From Candidatus Komeilibacteria bacterium RIFOXYD1_FULL_37_29 (GTDB lineage Bacteria > Patescibacteriota > Patescibacteriia > UBA1558 > GWA2-36-10): 64,000 nt of DNA. A program made the translations under genes and the position numbers. Of this stretch, positions 9,016 through 18,933 are shown piece by piece. The notes under the pieces were generated by a model. The model did no database searches and was not told the origin of the DNA. It saw only the letters and a program-made list of their open reading frames with translations. The DNA lies in NCBI GenBank assembly GCA_001818495.1, contig MHKS01000005.1, positions 116,188 through 180,187 of the forward strand. The letters run 5' to 3'. Positions within the stretch are counted from its first letter, which is position 1. Each line of letters starts with the position of its first letter.

Positions 9016-10277
9016 TATAGTTTGGGGTATAGTTTGAACCTGGTCATCAAATCAATGATAGTTTGTTTGTTTTTGTCTGTCGCTTGTTTGGTTTTCAAAG
9101 TGTCTATCAGCACCGTGGCGACAATTTCTATATCTTTTTCTTTTAGCCCGCGGGTAGTGAGTGCAGCTGTACCTAGTCTAATGCCCGATGGATCAAAAGG
9201 ACTGCGCTTGTCATAAGGAATCATATTTTTATTGGTAAAAATATGGACCTGGTCTAATAGATTTTCCGCTTCTTTGCCGGATAATCCTAAAGTAGTAACA
9301 TCAATCATCAAAAGATGATTGTCTGTACCATCTGAGATCATACGGATGTTGGCTTGACGGAATTTATCTTCCAAAAATTTACAGTTTGTTATAACTTGCT
9401 TTTGATATTTTTTAAACTCTGGAAGTAGCGCTTCACCAAAAGCTACGGCTTTGGCCGCAATAATATGTTCCAGTGGTCCGCCTTGCATACCAGGGAAAAC
9501 AGCGCTATCTATTTTTTGGGCGAGATTTTTTTTATCAGTAGGGTGGAGGCGATCATTTGTTTTACAAAGTATTATCGCACCGCGTGGTCCGCGTAAAGTC
9601 TTGTGGGTAGTAGTAGTGACGACATCGGCGTAAGACATAGGATCGGGATGGAGACCAGTGGCCACCAGTCCGGCAATATGAGCCATATCGACCATCAGAT
9701 AGGCGCCTACTTGATCGGCCACATCTTTAAAAGCTTTAAAATCAATTGTTCTAGAATAAGCGCTAGCTCCCGCTAAGATAATTTTTGGTCGGTGTTTTTT
9801 GGCAAGAGTCATCACTTTATTCATGTCTATTCGTTCGGTTTTTTGGTCGACACCATAGTGGACAAAATTATAAAATTTTCCGGAAAAATTGACGGGGTGT
9901 CCGTGAGTCAGGTGTCCACCATGAGCCAAAGAAAATCCCAAGATAGTATCACCTAGTTCAGCTAAAGCAAAATAAGCCTCCATGTTGGCTTGAGAGCCGG
10001 CGTGTGGCTGGACATTGACATGCTCAGCGCCAAAAAGTTTTTTAGCGCGATCTATGGCCAGCTGTTCGGATTGATCAATAAATTCATTGCCGCCGTAGTA
10101 TCTTTTGGACGGGTACCCTTCGGCATATTTATTGGTCAGTATTGATCCAGCAGCTTCCAGCACCGCCACAGATACAAAATTTTCTGAAGCAATCATTTCG
10201 GCGCCTGATCTTTGGCGGAGTAATTCTTTTTGGAGTATTTTACTAATTTCGGGGTCAATTTTTTCAATATTTTTCAT
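9015..10277 (-). CDS. glyA: serine hydroxymethyltransferase GlyA
   Basis: The PLP-lysine motif [14 protein letters not shown] is present, plus [14 protein letters not shown]. It is adjacent to folD in an operon-like arrangement. Confidence 0.9.
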   Translation of the reverse strand: MKNIEKIDPEISKILQKELLRQRSGAEMIASENFVSVAVLEAAGSILTNKYAEGYPSKRYYGGNEFIDQSEQLAIDRAKKLFGAEHVNVQPHAGSQANMEAYFALAELGDTILGFSLAHGGHLTHGHPVNFSGKFYNFVHYGVDQKTERIDMNKVMTLAKKHRPKIILAGASAYSRTIDFKAFKDVADQVGAYLMVDMAHIAGLVATGLHPDPMSYADVVTTTTHKTLRGPRGAIILCKTNDRLHPTDKKNLAQKIDSAVFPGMQGGPLEHIIAAKAVAFGEALLPEFKKYQKQVITNCKFLEDKFRQANIRMISDGTDNHLLMIDVTTLGLSGKEAENLLDQVHIFTNKNMIPYDKRSPFDPSGIRLGTAALTTRGLKEKDIEIVATVLIDTLKTKQATDKNKQTIIDLMTRFKLYPKL

Positions 10278-10361
10278 GTTGGTCAGTGTTAATAACGATA
10301 TTTAGTTTAACATATTGTTGTTTTTTTACAAATAGAAAAGGCCCATTTTTACAGAGGCCTT

Positions 10362-11978
10362 TTATTTAGGAATAATCTTGGTCATATAAGTACCTTCTAG
10401 TTTATAACCGAGTTTACGATAATAATTTCTCACCCCAATACCCGAGATAACGGCTATTTTTGACAGACCTCTTTCCCTGGTAATCTTTTCGGCTTCAGCC
10501 ATTAGTTTTTTGCCAAAGCCCATGTGTTGGGTTTGAGATATTTCATCATCCTGAGCTTCGTTGTAAGTCGGAATCATTTTTCCATAAACATGTAGTTCTC
10601 TGACTAGGGAAGCGTTTTTTAACTCTGGTAATATATTATTGGCCGGCTGATCATTGAAGCGTAATCTCAAAAAAGCATAGAGCTTACTATGATCTTTGGA
10701 TTCAAAACTAATAAACAATTCGTCGCCAGCTGAAGCGCGGTAGGTTCTTTTAACCATGGCTACTTGATCAGTTTCCAGATTATTATCCCTTACTTCTCGA
10801 CATCTTAAACATTGACAACTCTGACCACGTTTTTTTAATTCTTTTTGTAAATATTGGCGCAGGTTGGTGATTTTATTACCAGCAATAATACTTTCTTCTG
10901 GTATGTCTCTAATCAGTCGGTTGATTCTGACCCAGGGGGGAGTAATGGTTTTTATTTTTAATAGTAATTCCAAAAGTTCTTTTTCAGAGTAAGGCTGATA
11001 TTTACCCGCCTGATACCATTTAGCTAGTTCAGCATATTCATTAACTACACAAGGGTATATTTTTATTTGATCGGGTTGCAAATCTTCTGAGCTATAGACA
11101 TATTCCATCATCGCTAGGTCTTTGGCCGGAGTTGATCCGGGCAGATCAGGCATATAATGATGGTCTACTTTAAAACCAGTTTCTTTGAGTAGTTTAGTAG
11201 CTTTGATAGACTCTTCGATACCATGACCGCGGACAATCAAATCCAATATTTTATTATCAGTGTGTTGCACTCCCAACTGGACACGCGTAGTACCTAAGGC
11301 GCGCATTTTTTTTATTTCCGTTGGGTTGATATAGTCTGGTCTAGTTTCTAAAGTCAGGCCAATTATTTTATATTTTTCGTCCTCATTTATTTTTTGCTCT
11401 TCTTCTAAGGACAGGGGCTCTCGCTTTTTTTCTTCGTCAAAAGTATTGGCGGCATAAAATAAGTCGCGGACAAATTCTCTTTGGTATTTTTCTGGATAAA
11501 CTGACCAGGTGCCCCCCAAAACCAATAGTTCTAGTTTATCTACCTCATGGCCGTTGTTTAAAAGAGCCCTGATGCGCATGGTTACTTGGCGAATAGGATC
11601 AAAGAGGTTCATCTTGGCTCTGGCGGCTGCTGGTTCATTGGACAAATAGCTTTTTGGCATATCCGGCTCAGTCGGGCAGTAGACGCATTTACCTGGGCAG
11701 ACAAAGGGTTTGGACAAGACAGTGATGACCGATACACCGCTCATAGTGCGTACCGCTCTTTTGACTAGGAGTTTTTCAAAATTTTTATTGGCTTTTAGCT
11801 CTCTCTTTTTAAGCAAATTTTTATATGCTACAATAAGATTAGCCTTGCTATCGGGGGCCATTTTATAGCGAGAAAATGTCTGCCGCAAAGCTTTGACAAA
11901 GTCCAATTCACTGCCATCTTTATATTGATAGAGTGCTTGGACTACTTTTTCCAAATTTTTGTTTATTTGCTCAGTCAT
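10362..11978 (-). CDS. Elp3-like radical SAM / GNAT acetyltransferase (tRNA U34 cm5 modification enzyme family)
   Basis: Radical-SAM cluster motif CPGKCVYCP, and a C-terminal GNAT fold (HMGFGKKLMAEAEKITRERG...). The length and domain order match Elp3. Confidence 0.75.
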   Translation of the reverse strand: MTEQINKNLEKVVQALYQYKDGSELDFVKALRQTFSRYKMAPDSKANLIVAYKNLLKKRELKANKNFEKLLVKRAVRTMSGVSVITVLSKPFVCPGKCVYCPTEPDMPKSYLSNEPAAARAKMNLFDPIRQVTMRIRALLNNGHEVDKLELLVLGGTWSVYPEKYQREFVRDLFYAANTFDEEKKREPLSLEEEQKINEDEKYKIIGLTLETRPDYINPTEIKKMRALGTTRVQLGVQHTDNKILDLIVRGHGIEESIKATKLLKETGFKVDHHYMPDLPGSTPAKDLAMMEYVYSSEDLQPDQIKIYPCVVNEYAELAKWYQAGKYQPYSEKELLELLLKIKTITPPWVRINRLIRDIPEESIIAGNKITNLRQYLQKELKKRGQSCQCLRCREVRDNNLETDQVAMVKRTYRASAGDELFISFESKDHSKLYAFLRLRFNDQPANNILPELKNASLVRELHVYGKMIPTYNEAQDDEISQTQHMGFGKKLMAEAEKITRERGLSKIAVISGIGVRNYYRKLGYKLEGTYMTKIIPK

Positions 11979-12669
11979 GAAAAATAATAGAATAAAAAAT
12001 GATTTGCGTTTGCTCTATGACGATATAGCCAAAGAATTTTCGGCTACTAGAGCTTATCCGTGGAAAGAATTACAAGTCTTTATACCATATATAAAGGATA
12101 ACTTCAAGATACTAGATTTGGGTTGTGGCAATGGTCGTTTGGTTAAATCTTTAGAGCAAGCTGATAAAAAATTGAATTATCTAGGAGTGGATTTTAGTAC
12201 CCAGCTGATAGAACAGGCCAAAAATAATCATCCACAAGCCAAGTTTATTACGGCTGATATGTCTGATTTGTCTTTTTATCCCGATACTTTTGATATGGTT
12301 TTTATGATTGCCTCTTTTCATCATTTACCTAGTAAGGCTGAAAGACTGGAATTATTATTTAATATCAATCGTTGGCTCAAGCCGGGTGGGTTACTATTTA
12401 TGACCAACTGGAATCTGTGGCAGAAAAAATATTGGCAATATGCTTTGGAAAATTTTTGGTCAAAAAAATCTTGGAATGATTTTTTTATTCCTTGGACTAC
12501 CAATAGTGGTGGTACAGTCTGGCGCTATTATCATAGTTTTAGCACCGGGGAATTAATTTCTCTACTTAAAACTACTGGTTTTGATCTGAAGCCAGAAGGA
12601 GTCTATCAGACGAAATGGAATGTCAATGCCTTTGTCAGAAAATCAACAAAATCAAAAGAGCTTTTTTAA
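11977..12669 (+). CDS. Trm9/ALKBH8-like class I SAM-dependent methyltransferase
   Basis: YDDIAKEFSATRAYPW, ILDLGCGNGRL (SAM motif I), FDMVFMIASFHHL, LKPGGLLFMTNW, DFFIPW, RYYHSFSTGEL. Order and spacing match Trm9-family methyltransferases. The start codon overlaps the Elp3 start divergently (CATG). Confidence 0.6.
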   Translation: MKNNRIKNDLRLLYDDIAKEFSATRAYPWKELQVFIPYIKDNFKILDLGCGNGRLVKSLEQADKKLNYLGVDFSTQLIEQAKNNHPQAKFITADMSDLSFYPDTFDMVFMIASFHHLPSKAERLELLFNINRWLKPGGLLFMTNWNLWQKKYWQYALENFWSKKSWNDFFIPWTTNSGGTVWRYYHSFSTGELISLLKTTGFDLKPEGVYQTKWNVNAFVRKSTKSKELF

Positions 12670-12687
12670 AAGCTCTTTTTTGGTTTT

Positions 12688-13065
12688 TTAATTAATATCT
12701 TTTTTTCTTTGGCCGAAAGCTTTTTCCTCTTCCTCTCGGGCTAGATCATGGGCATCATCAAAAAAGCCCTGATCTTTAAGATTGCACTCTAATATTTCAT
12801 GAAATAAGCGACGGTCTCGGGCTTCTCCCGATAGTGTATTGAGTATATAGATGTCCCAGCCCCTAATAGCTGTTGATTGGTGATATTCCGCTCCATCGGA
12901 CACCGAATCAGTTTCTTCTTCACTGTCTAGTAGTAGTAAAAAATGCGAGCCATTGTAGGAAAATTCATGACGTTCTTTCCAAGTGATATTATTTATCACC
13001 GACATCAGTTCGTCAATATTTATTTCTGGTTTTTTGATTTGTTCTATTTTTTCTATAGTAGGCAT
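12688..13065 (-). CDS. hypothetical acidic protein
   Basis: 125-aa ORF tightly packed between neighbours; no recognisable domain. Confidence 0.4.
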   Translation of the reverse strand: MPTIEKIEQIKKPEINIDELMSVINNITWKERHEFSYNGSHFLLLLDSEEETDSVSDGAEYHQSTAIRGWDIYILNTLSGEARDRRLFHEILECNLKDQGFFDDAHDLAREEEEKAFGQRKKDIN

Positions 13066-13073
13066 ATAGTCTA

Positions 13074-14132
13074 TTATTGTGGGTTACTTTGTAAATAAGC
13101 TTCACATTCTTCTATGATCAAGGTTCTTAAATCATCGGTGGTGTTTTTATCAAAATTTAAGCGAGCTTTATTGTGCATAGTAGTCAGAGGTTGCAATGTT
13201 TCAGTAGTTTTTGATAGATCAATTGACTCTTCGTTGCCTTGCATAGTTAGACGACCTCTTTTGATAAATGATTTAAGAAGTTGGATAACGCTTTTATCTC
13301 CATAGGAATTTAAAATAGTTTGTATGGCCTGACGCGTTTTATCCCAGTCTTCGGAGCGGCGAAGCTCTTCCAAACCAATGCTCATAGTAAAATCTAATAA
13401 GTCCGTAGTTTTTTTATCTATTTCGCTGGTAGATTTTTCTTCATTGTAAACTATATCAGGAATATTTAGTATGGGCTGAGAAATTTCCCCAGTAGATTTT
13501 TTTTGAAAAATGATATCGCTAGGCAAGACTTCACCAAGTGCTCCATGTTTTTGGTGTGTAGTCTGGATATATTGAGCGGATTGAGCCAGTGCTGCAAAAC
13601 GATCTATTTGGTTTAGGTCATCAGATTGCAGTAAATCAGCGCGGTAAATATCTTGCAAAGGCCTGCCGGCTTTGTATATATTTTGATCCTTTATTTCAAT
13701 GCCCCAATCGTGTAATCCATAGGCCTCTTCCAATCCCAGCCGTTCAATATTTTTATTTATTTCTTCTGGCGTGCCACGGTATCTTTTGGTGCCAGGGACC
13801 AAAAACTTAAAAAACCAGCCAGGGTGTTTTTTAAACATTTCCAGGGGATTTTTGGTCACATGTTCATCATAAGTTCTTAGCACGGCATCACCAAAGCGAT
13901 CAATTTTTGACACTACACCTCGCATATCAAAAACCATTCTTTCCTCTTCATCGTAATTTATTTTTCCACCATAGACACCGACAGTGCTTTCATAACCCAA
14001 AATTTCTTGGGTGGGTAAGTGTGATTCTTGTACTCTTTTTTGGACACTAGAACCGAGCTTATTTAATAAACTTTCTTTTTCTTCAGACCGATCTTCTTTG
14101 TTTGGGGTAGTGATTTTTTCAAAATTATTCAT
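13074..14132 (-). CDS. hypothetical protein (possibly an atypical kinase-like fold)
   Basis: Long ORF with host-like composition. Weak HG.LGE..P.DIIF and LHDWG motifs are reminiscent of a kinase catalytic loop, but not convincingly. Confidence 0.4.
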   Translation of the reverse strand: MNNFEKITTPNKEDRSEEKESLLNKLGSSVQKRVQESHLPTQEILGYESTVGVYGGKINYDEEERMVFDMRGVVSKIDRFGDAVLRTYDEHVTKNPLEMFKKHPGWFFKFLVPGTKRYRGTPEEINKNIERLGLEEAYGLHDWGIEIKDQNIYKAGRPLQDIYRADLLQSDDLNQIDRFAALAQSAQYIQTTHQKHGALGEVLPSDIIFQKKSTGEISQPILNIPDIVYNEEKSTSEIDKKTTDLLDFTMSIGLEELRRSEDWDKTRQAIQTILNSYGDKSVIQLLKSFIKRGRLTMQGNEESIDLSKTTETLQPLTTMHNKARLNFDKNTTDDLRTLIIEECEAYLQSNPQ

Positions 14133-14258
14133 ACTTTTATAAATATTATTTAATAAAATTATAACATTGACTCAAAGAAAGGGCAATTGGAAAATTATGA
14201 TAATTTTATTGTGTTTTTAGGGGCATTTGTGTTAAAATATATAAATCATAATTATTAA

Positions 14259-15674
14259 ATGAACCATAAAAATATGGAATATCTTAAGGATTTAGATACC
14301 AGTATTTTCAAGGCTTATGATTTTCGGGGGATTTATCCAACTCAGATGAATGAGCGAGCTATCAATCTGGTTTCCCAAGCTTATCTTAAATTTTTATCAC
14401 AAAAATTTAATAAACCAATTAAAAATTTAAACATTGCCATTTGTGGTGATGCTCGGAAATCTTCCCAGCCACTGCTTAGTGAGGCTGTTAAAATATTTTT
14501 GGAGTATGGAGTAACTATTTATGACTTAGGCTTCCAATCGGTCAATGATTATTATTTTGCCGTTGGTAAATATAAATATGATGGTGGTTTTATGGCTACT
14601 GCCTCTCATAATCCTCCAGAGTATGGTGGTTGTAAACTAGCTTATACCAACACAGATTATAAAAACAGTATAGATTTTATCTCTGGTAAGGAGCTCTTAA
14701 AATTTATGCAAAATCTAGAGTTCCCACTTAAAGATGAAAAAACACCGGGTAAAATTATCAAAAAACAAATTGTCGAAGATCATTTGCAGCATATTTTATC
14801 TTTTGTTGACGTTAAAAAAATAAAATCGCTCAAAGTAGTAGTTGATACAGGAAATGGCATGAATGGAATATTGGTGCCAAAAATTTTTGCCAAATTATCT
14901 TGCCAGCTGATTCATTTATTTCCTGAGTTGGATGGTAATTTTCCCAACCGTCCACCCAATCCATTGGCTGAAGGAGCAGCTGACAAATTGGCTGCTAAAA
15001 TCAAAGATACCAAAGCCGATCTGGGTTTTATCTGTGATGTCGATGGTGATCGGGTTAATTTGGTAGACGAACAGGGTAATTTTTATAAAGGGGATATGAC
15101 CATGGTGCCGATGATCAAACCAATGTTAGATCAGCATCCGGGAGTGGGTATTGTCTATAATTTAATTACTTCGCACTCAATTAGAGATTTGATTATCAAG
15201 TGGGGAGGGAAGGCCATTAGAAGTGAAGTTGGTTATCTAAATTTAGCTCGCCACATGAGGGAGCAAAATGGCATTATGAGCGGTGAGGTGTCGGCTCATT
15301 TTGCCTTTCGGGATAATTATTATGCCGATAATGCTTTTATAGCTATGGTTTTGATTTTACAAGCCATTTCTGAAGATGGCCGTCCATTATCCGAGATGAT
15401 GAAGGGTTATACTCTGTATCATAAGAGCAATGAGTTAAATTTTGTAGTAGACAATATTGAGACGGAGTTGGCCAAGTTTAGGCAGGCTTACAAAAATAAT
15501 ATTGTTGATGAAATAGACGGAATTACTGTTGAATTTAAAGATTGGTGGTTCAATGTCCGCCCGTCAAATACCGAGCCACTGCTTCGTCTAACGGTTGAGG
15601 CCAATGAAGCCAAATTATTGGCCGATAAAATTTTAGAATTAGAGGGCTTGATAGATTTTAAAGAAAGGAAATAA
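14259..15674 (+). CDS. phosphoglucomutase/phosphomannomutase (alpha-D-phosphohexomutase)
   Basis: Active-site serine loop TASHNPPEYGG and metal-binding DVDGDR. Confidence 0.85.
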   Translation: MNHKNMEYLKDLDTSIFKAYDFRGIYPTQMNERAINLVSQAYLKFLSQKFNKPIKNLNIAICGDARKSSQPLLSEAVKIFLEYGVTIYDLGFQSVNDYYFAVGKYKYDGGFMATASHNPPEYGGCKLAYTNTDYKNSIDFISGKELLKFMQNLEFPLKDEKTPGKIIKKQIVEDHLQHILSFVDVKKIKSLKVVVDTGNGMNGILVPKIFAKLSCQLIHLFPELDGNFPNRPPNPLAEGAADKLAAKIKDTKADLGFICDVDGDRVNLVDEQGNFYKGDMTMVPMIKPMLDQHPGVGIVYNLITSHSIRDLIIKWGGKAIRSEVGYLNLARHMREQNGIMSGEVSAHFAFRDNYYADNAFIAMVLILQAISEDGRPLSEMMKGYTLYHKSNELNFVVDNIETELAKFRQAYKNNIVDEIDGITVEFKDWWFNVRPSNTEPLLRLTVEANEAKLLADKILELEGLIDFKERK

Positions 15675-15677
15675 TCA

Positions 15678-16481
15678 ATGATTGGAGTGTTTGATTCTGG
15701 TTACGGAGGGCTGACAATTTTTCGTGACATTGAAAAAAAATTACCACAGTATAGTTATATTTATTTGGGCGACAATGCGCGCGCTCCTTATGGTGATTTG
15801 AGTCAAAAATTAATCTATCAATACAGTCAAAAAGCCGTTGATTATCTGATGGCGGAGGGGTGTCAGCTGATTATTTTTGCTTGTAATACCGCTTCCGCTA
15901 TGGCATTGCGCAAATTACAGCAAGAATATTTGCCAGCTAAATATCCCGGTAAAAATGTTTTGGGGGTAATCAGGCCCTTGGTTGAAAGTGTGGTGGAGCT
16001 TGCGCAAAGATCTAGAGTGGGAGTAATGGCCACGGCTAGTACCGTAAAATCCGAGGCTTATGTTAATGAATTTTCTCATTTGGATTGTAGTATTGAAGTT
16101 TTCCAAGAGTCCTGTCCTTTGCTAGTGCCACTGATTGAAGCCTCTCGAGAAAATTCACCAGAGACCAATATAATTTTAACGGAGTATATTCGGCCTTTAA
16201 AAAGAGTTGGTTTAGATACAGTAGTTTTGGGTTGTACTCATTATGGGTTTTTACAAGAGGCTATAGAAAAAAGTTTTGGAGTAAATGTTAGAGTTTTACG
16301 TAGCGGGCAGATCATAGCCGATAAGCTAGCCGATTATTTAAAACGGCACCCCGAATATAACCATCCGGTTCAAAATCCTACGCAAACTTTTTTAACCACT
16401 GGCGATAATAAAAAATTTGATCAGGCGGCTCAAAAATTTTTGGGCCGGGCAATTAATTCTTTAACTATTAAATTGAAATAA
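15678..16481 (+). CDS. murI: glutamate racemase MurI
   Basis: IGVFDSGYGGLT, FACNTAS and GCTHY motifs. Confidence 0.85.
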   Translation: MIGVFDSGYGGLTIFRDIEKKLPQYSYIYLGDNARAPYGDLSQKLIYQYSQKAVDYLMAEGCQLIIFACNTASAMALRKLQQEYLPAKYPGKNVLGVIRPLVESVVELAQRSRVGVMATASTVKSEAYVNEFSHLDCSIEVFQESCPLLVPLIEASRENSPETNIILTEYIRPLKRVGLDTVVLGCTHYGFLQEAIEKSFGVNVRVLRSGQIIADKLADYLKRHPEYNHPVQNPTQTFLTTGDNKKFDQAAQKFLGRAINSLTIKLK

Positions 16482-16486
16482 AACAT

Positions 16487-17539
16487 ATGGTCAAACTTAA
16501 ACAAAAAACCAAGGTAGCTTTTTTTGAAGTAGAGCCTTGGGAAAAGGACTATCTGAAAAAGGCCCTAAAGAATTTTAAGTTATATTTTTTTGACGGAGTG
16601 ATCAATAAAGATAACCTCAAGGAAGTAAAAGATATTGATATATTAGCTCCTTTTATATATTCCAAAGTAACCAAAGAAACGATCAGCTCCTTACCCAATT
16701 TGAAATTAATTACTACCCGTTCTACTGGTTTTGATCATATTGATCTTTCGGCTGCTTTAAAGGCTGGAGTGAAGGTAGCTAATGTGCCTAGCTATGGCGC
16801 CAACACAGTAGCGGAGCACACCTTTGCTTTGATTTTGTCTTTGTCTAGAAAAATTCATCAGTCTTACGAGCGTACTTCTCGGGGTAATTTTAGCTTAGAT
16901 GGTTTACGGGGCTTTGATTTACGTGATAAAACTATTGGTGTAGTCGGCTGTGGGCATATTGGGCAGCATGTCATTCGCATTGCCAGAGGATTTGGTATGA
17001 ATGTTTTGGCTTACGATGTTCATAGAGATCTCAAATTGGCCAAAAGCTTGGGGTTTAAATATGTTACTCTAAATGATTTATTAAAAAATTCTAATATTAT
17101 TTCCTTGCATGCTCCTTATAATAAATCCACTCATCATTTAATCAATAGAAAAAATATCAAATTGATAAAAAATGGAGCCATGATTATCAATACGGCTCGC
17201 GGTGGATTGGTAGATACCACGGCCCTAGTAGACGGATTGCGTAGTGGTAAGTTGGCGGGTATTGGTTTGGATGTTTTAGAGGAAGAAAAGTATATTTTAA
17301 AAGAAGAAGCCGAGCTTCTTTCTCCCCATTTTGCTAGTAAGAATAAACAAAATATCAATGATTATTTACAAACTATTGTGGAAGGTCATATGCTACTGAT
17401 ATCCGATAAAGTGATTGTCACACCACACAACGCTTTTAACAGTCAGGAAGCCCTGGAGAGAATTTTAGATACGACGATTGAAAATGTCATGGCCTGCTGT
17501 CAGAGGAAAAAACTAATCAATGAGGTTAAGATAAAATAA
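16487..17539 (+). CDS. D-isomer-specific 2-hydroxyacid dehydrogenase (D-lactate/glycerate dehydrogenase family)
   Basis: NAD-binding GVVGCGHIGQHV, and catalytic R/E/H placement (INTARGGLVD, TPHNAF). Confidence 0.8.
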   Translation: MVKLKQKTKVAFFEVEPWEKDYLKKALKNFKLYFFDGVINKDNLKEVKDIDILAPFIYSKVTKETISSLPNLKLITTRSTGFDHIDLSAALKAGVKVANVPSYGANTVAEHTFALILSLSRKIHQSYERTSRGNFSLDGLRGFDLRDKTIGVVGCGHIGQHVIRIARGFGMNVLAYDVHRDLKLAKSLGFKYVTLNDLLKNSNIISLHAPYNKSTHHLINRKNIKLIKNGAMIINTARGGLVDTTALVDGLRSGKLAGIGLDVLEEEKYILKEEAELLSPHFASKNKQNINDYLQTIVEGHMLLISDKVIVTPHNAFNSQEALERILDTTIENVMACCQRKKLINEVKIK

Positions 17540-17548
17540 TATTTTAAA

Positions 17549-17585
17549 ACATCCCCCGAAACTTTAGCGTAGGGGGATGTTTTTA
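17549..17585 (+). terminator. rho-independent terminator
   Basis: acatccccc-gaaactttagcgta-gggggatgt followed by TTTT. Confidence 0.6.
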
Positions 17586-17599
17586 TGGTAGTTTTACTA

Positions 17600-17628
17600 T
17601 TGACAAAATATCTTTAAAAGTGTATAAT
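17600..17628 (+). promoter_or_regulatory. consensus sigma70 promoter TTGACA-N17-TGTATAAT driving the DGR target gene
   Basis: TTGACA at 17600-17605, a 17-nt spacer, and an extended -10 TGTATAAT at 17621-17628. Confidence 0.6.
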
Positions 17629-17814
17629 TACATATTAACTAAAGTACCTTTAAATCCTCCCGCCAGAGGCGGGTAAATGCAAAAAATGAAGTGGTCATAG
17701 TCAAAAGTGGCTTTTAAATAAGCCTTTTCTGACTATGACTACAATGGTCATGGCTCCTCCTCGGATTAGAGGAAAGACGGAAAATACCCAAATAAGGGTA
17801 TAAAGGAGATAATC
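17629..17814 (+). promoter_or_regulatory. long structured 5' leader of the DGR target gene
   Basis: The roughly 185-nt leader has a 14-bp near-perfect inverted repeat (gtcatagtcaaaag ... cttttctgactatgac) and smaller GC hairpins (cccgcc-aga-ggcggg). AAGGAG lies 7 nt before the ATG. Confidence 0.35.
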
Positions 17815-18459
17815 ATGAGTACGGAATTTTCATCCGCTGACTACACCGCTGGTCAACTTAACGCTATGGTTAAGTTGCTTAAGAAGCAGGTTGGCGAAGA
17901 CGGCCCTGAACGTTTTCTTCGTGGCGAGATCACGGTCTCCCAACCCGTTCGTGCTTGGCGCGAACAGGATGGAGTAATCTACTTCTCAGTCACCTCAAAC
18001 GGTTTGACTGGTCCCGAGTGGATTGCTCATTTTGAGAAAAAAGGTGATCGTGTCGGCAACTGCGCCAAGCAGTCACTCTGCTCTGCCGAGTTTAAACCCA
18101 CTAGTGATATTACTTATAACATCGCCGTGATGAAGGGCATGATCTTTAACGACAAGGATCGTGTCACCAAGAAGATCCGTAACGAGGCCGACTGCAGGAA
18201 GTTCGCCAAGCCCAACGCCGAGATCGCGTGTCTTATTCGTGATAAGTTCACGGACGCCGAGATCGAGGCTATGGGTTTGATCTGGATCGTCACCATGCAC
18301 GAACCCATCGAGGTTTCCGGTGGTAGCCTGCGCCTGCTGGGTGCCCATCGCGGTGACGGTGGTCGCTGGCTGGATGCCTACTACGGCACTCCTGGCGTTC
18401 GGTGGGGTCGTGGGCACGGCTTCGCTTTCGTCGTTTCGCAAGTGTGCCCTGAGAGCTAA
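17815..18459 (+). CDS. DGR target (variable) protein; the C-terminal ~43 residues are encoded by the variable repeat
   Basis: GC-rich ORF (about 50% GC against about 35% in the neighbours). Its 3' 128 nt is an adenine-mutagenised copy of the downstream template repeat. The C-terminus is ...GGRWLDAYYGTPGVRWGRGHGFAFVVSQ. There is no signal peptide. Confidence 0.75.
   Translation: MSTEFSSADYTAGQLNAMVKLLKKQVGEDGPERFLRGEITVSQPVRAWREQDGVIYFSVTSNGLTGPEWIAHFEKKGDRVGNCAKQSLCSAEFKPTSDITYNIAVMKGMIFNDKDRVTKKIRNEADCRKFAKPNAEIACLIRDKFTDAEIEAMGLIWIVTMHEPIEVSGGSLRLLGAHRGDGGRWLDAYYGTPGVRWGRGHGFAFVVSQVCPES
18314..18441 (+). repeat. DGR variable repeat (VR), 128 nt
   Basis: Aligns base-for-base with 18785..18912. 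All 19 mismatches are at positions where the downstream copy has A. The last 24 nt are identical in both copies (the IMH-like end). Confidence 0.85.
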
Positions 18460-18784
18460 GTTCCTTAGAATTTCAGTCCTTTGGGCGTAGCCCTTGGCCC
18501 TGTTCCGATTCGTCGGGATGGGGCCTCTTTTTTCATTCAAAAAATGATATAATTATTTTGGTAATAGGCGAATATGTAGACGACTACGGTTTTCTGCTGC
18601 CGAATCCAGCGTCCATACAATCCAGAATATCTTAGATCAAGGTTTAAGGTAGTGTGATGTGTGCGAGCTTAAAAAATAAAGACACTTGGTGCAAAATGCT
18701 GGCGCATTTAAAATGCTAAATAAAATACAGCTCGAAGAGTATTCAACGAGCAGTGATAGAGATGACATTTTGTACAAAAACGCT

Positions 18785-18912
18785 TTTCCGATGGTAACCT
18801 GAACCTGCTGGGTGCCAATCGCAATGACGGTGGTCGCTGGCTGAATACCTACTACGACAATCCTGACAATCAGTGGAATCGTGAGAACGGCTTCGCTTTC
18901 GTCGTTTCGCAA
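18785..18912 (+). repeat. DGR template repeat (TR), 128 nt
   Basis: Non-coding copy of the VR. It is rich in AAC/AAT codons in the VR frame (gat ggt AAC ctg AAC ... AAT cgc AAT ...). It lies between the target gene and the RT gene. Confidence 0.85.
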
Positions 18913-18933
18913 CTTTCTTTATTTCTCCTCTAG

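Noticed and set aside
18073-18540. 155-aa and 64-aa ORFs on the minus strand inside the DGR target gene
   Set aside because: They are antisense to a well-supported GC-rich gene. High GC suppresses stop codons and creates long spurious antisense frames. No RBS, and the sequences are low-complexity.
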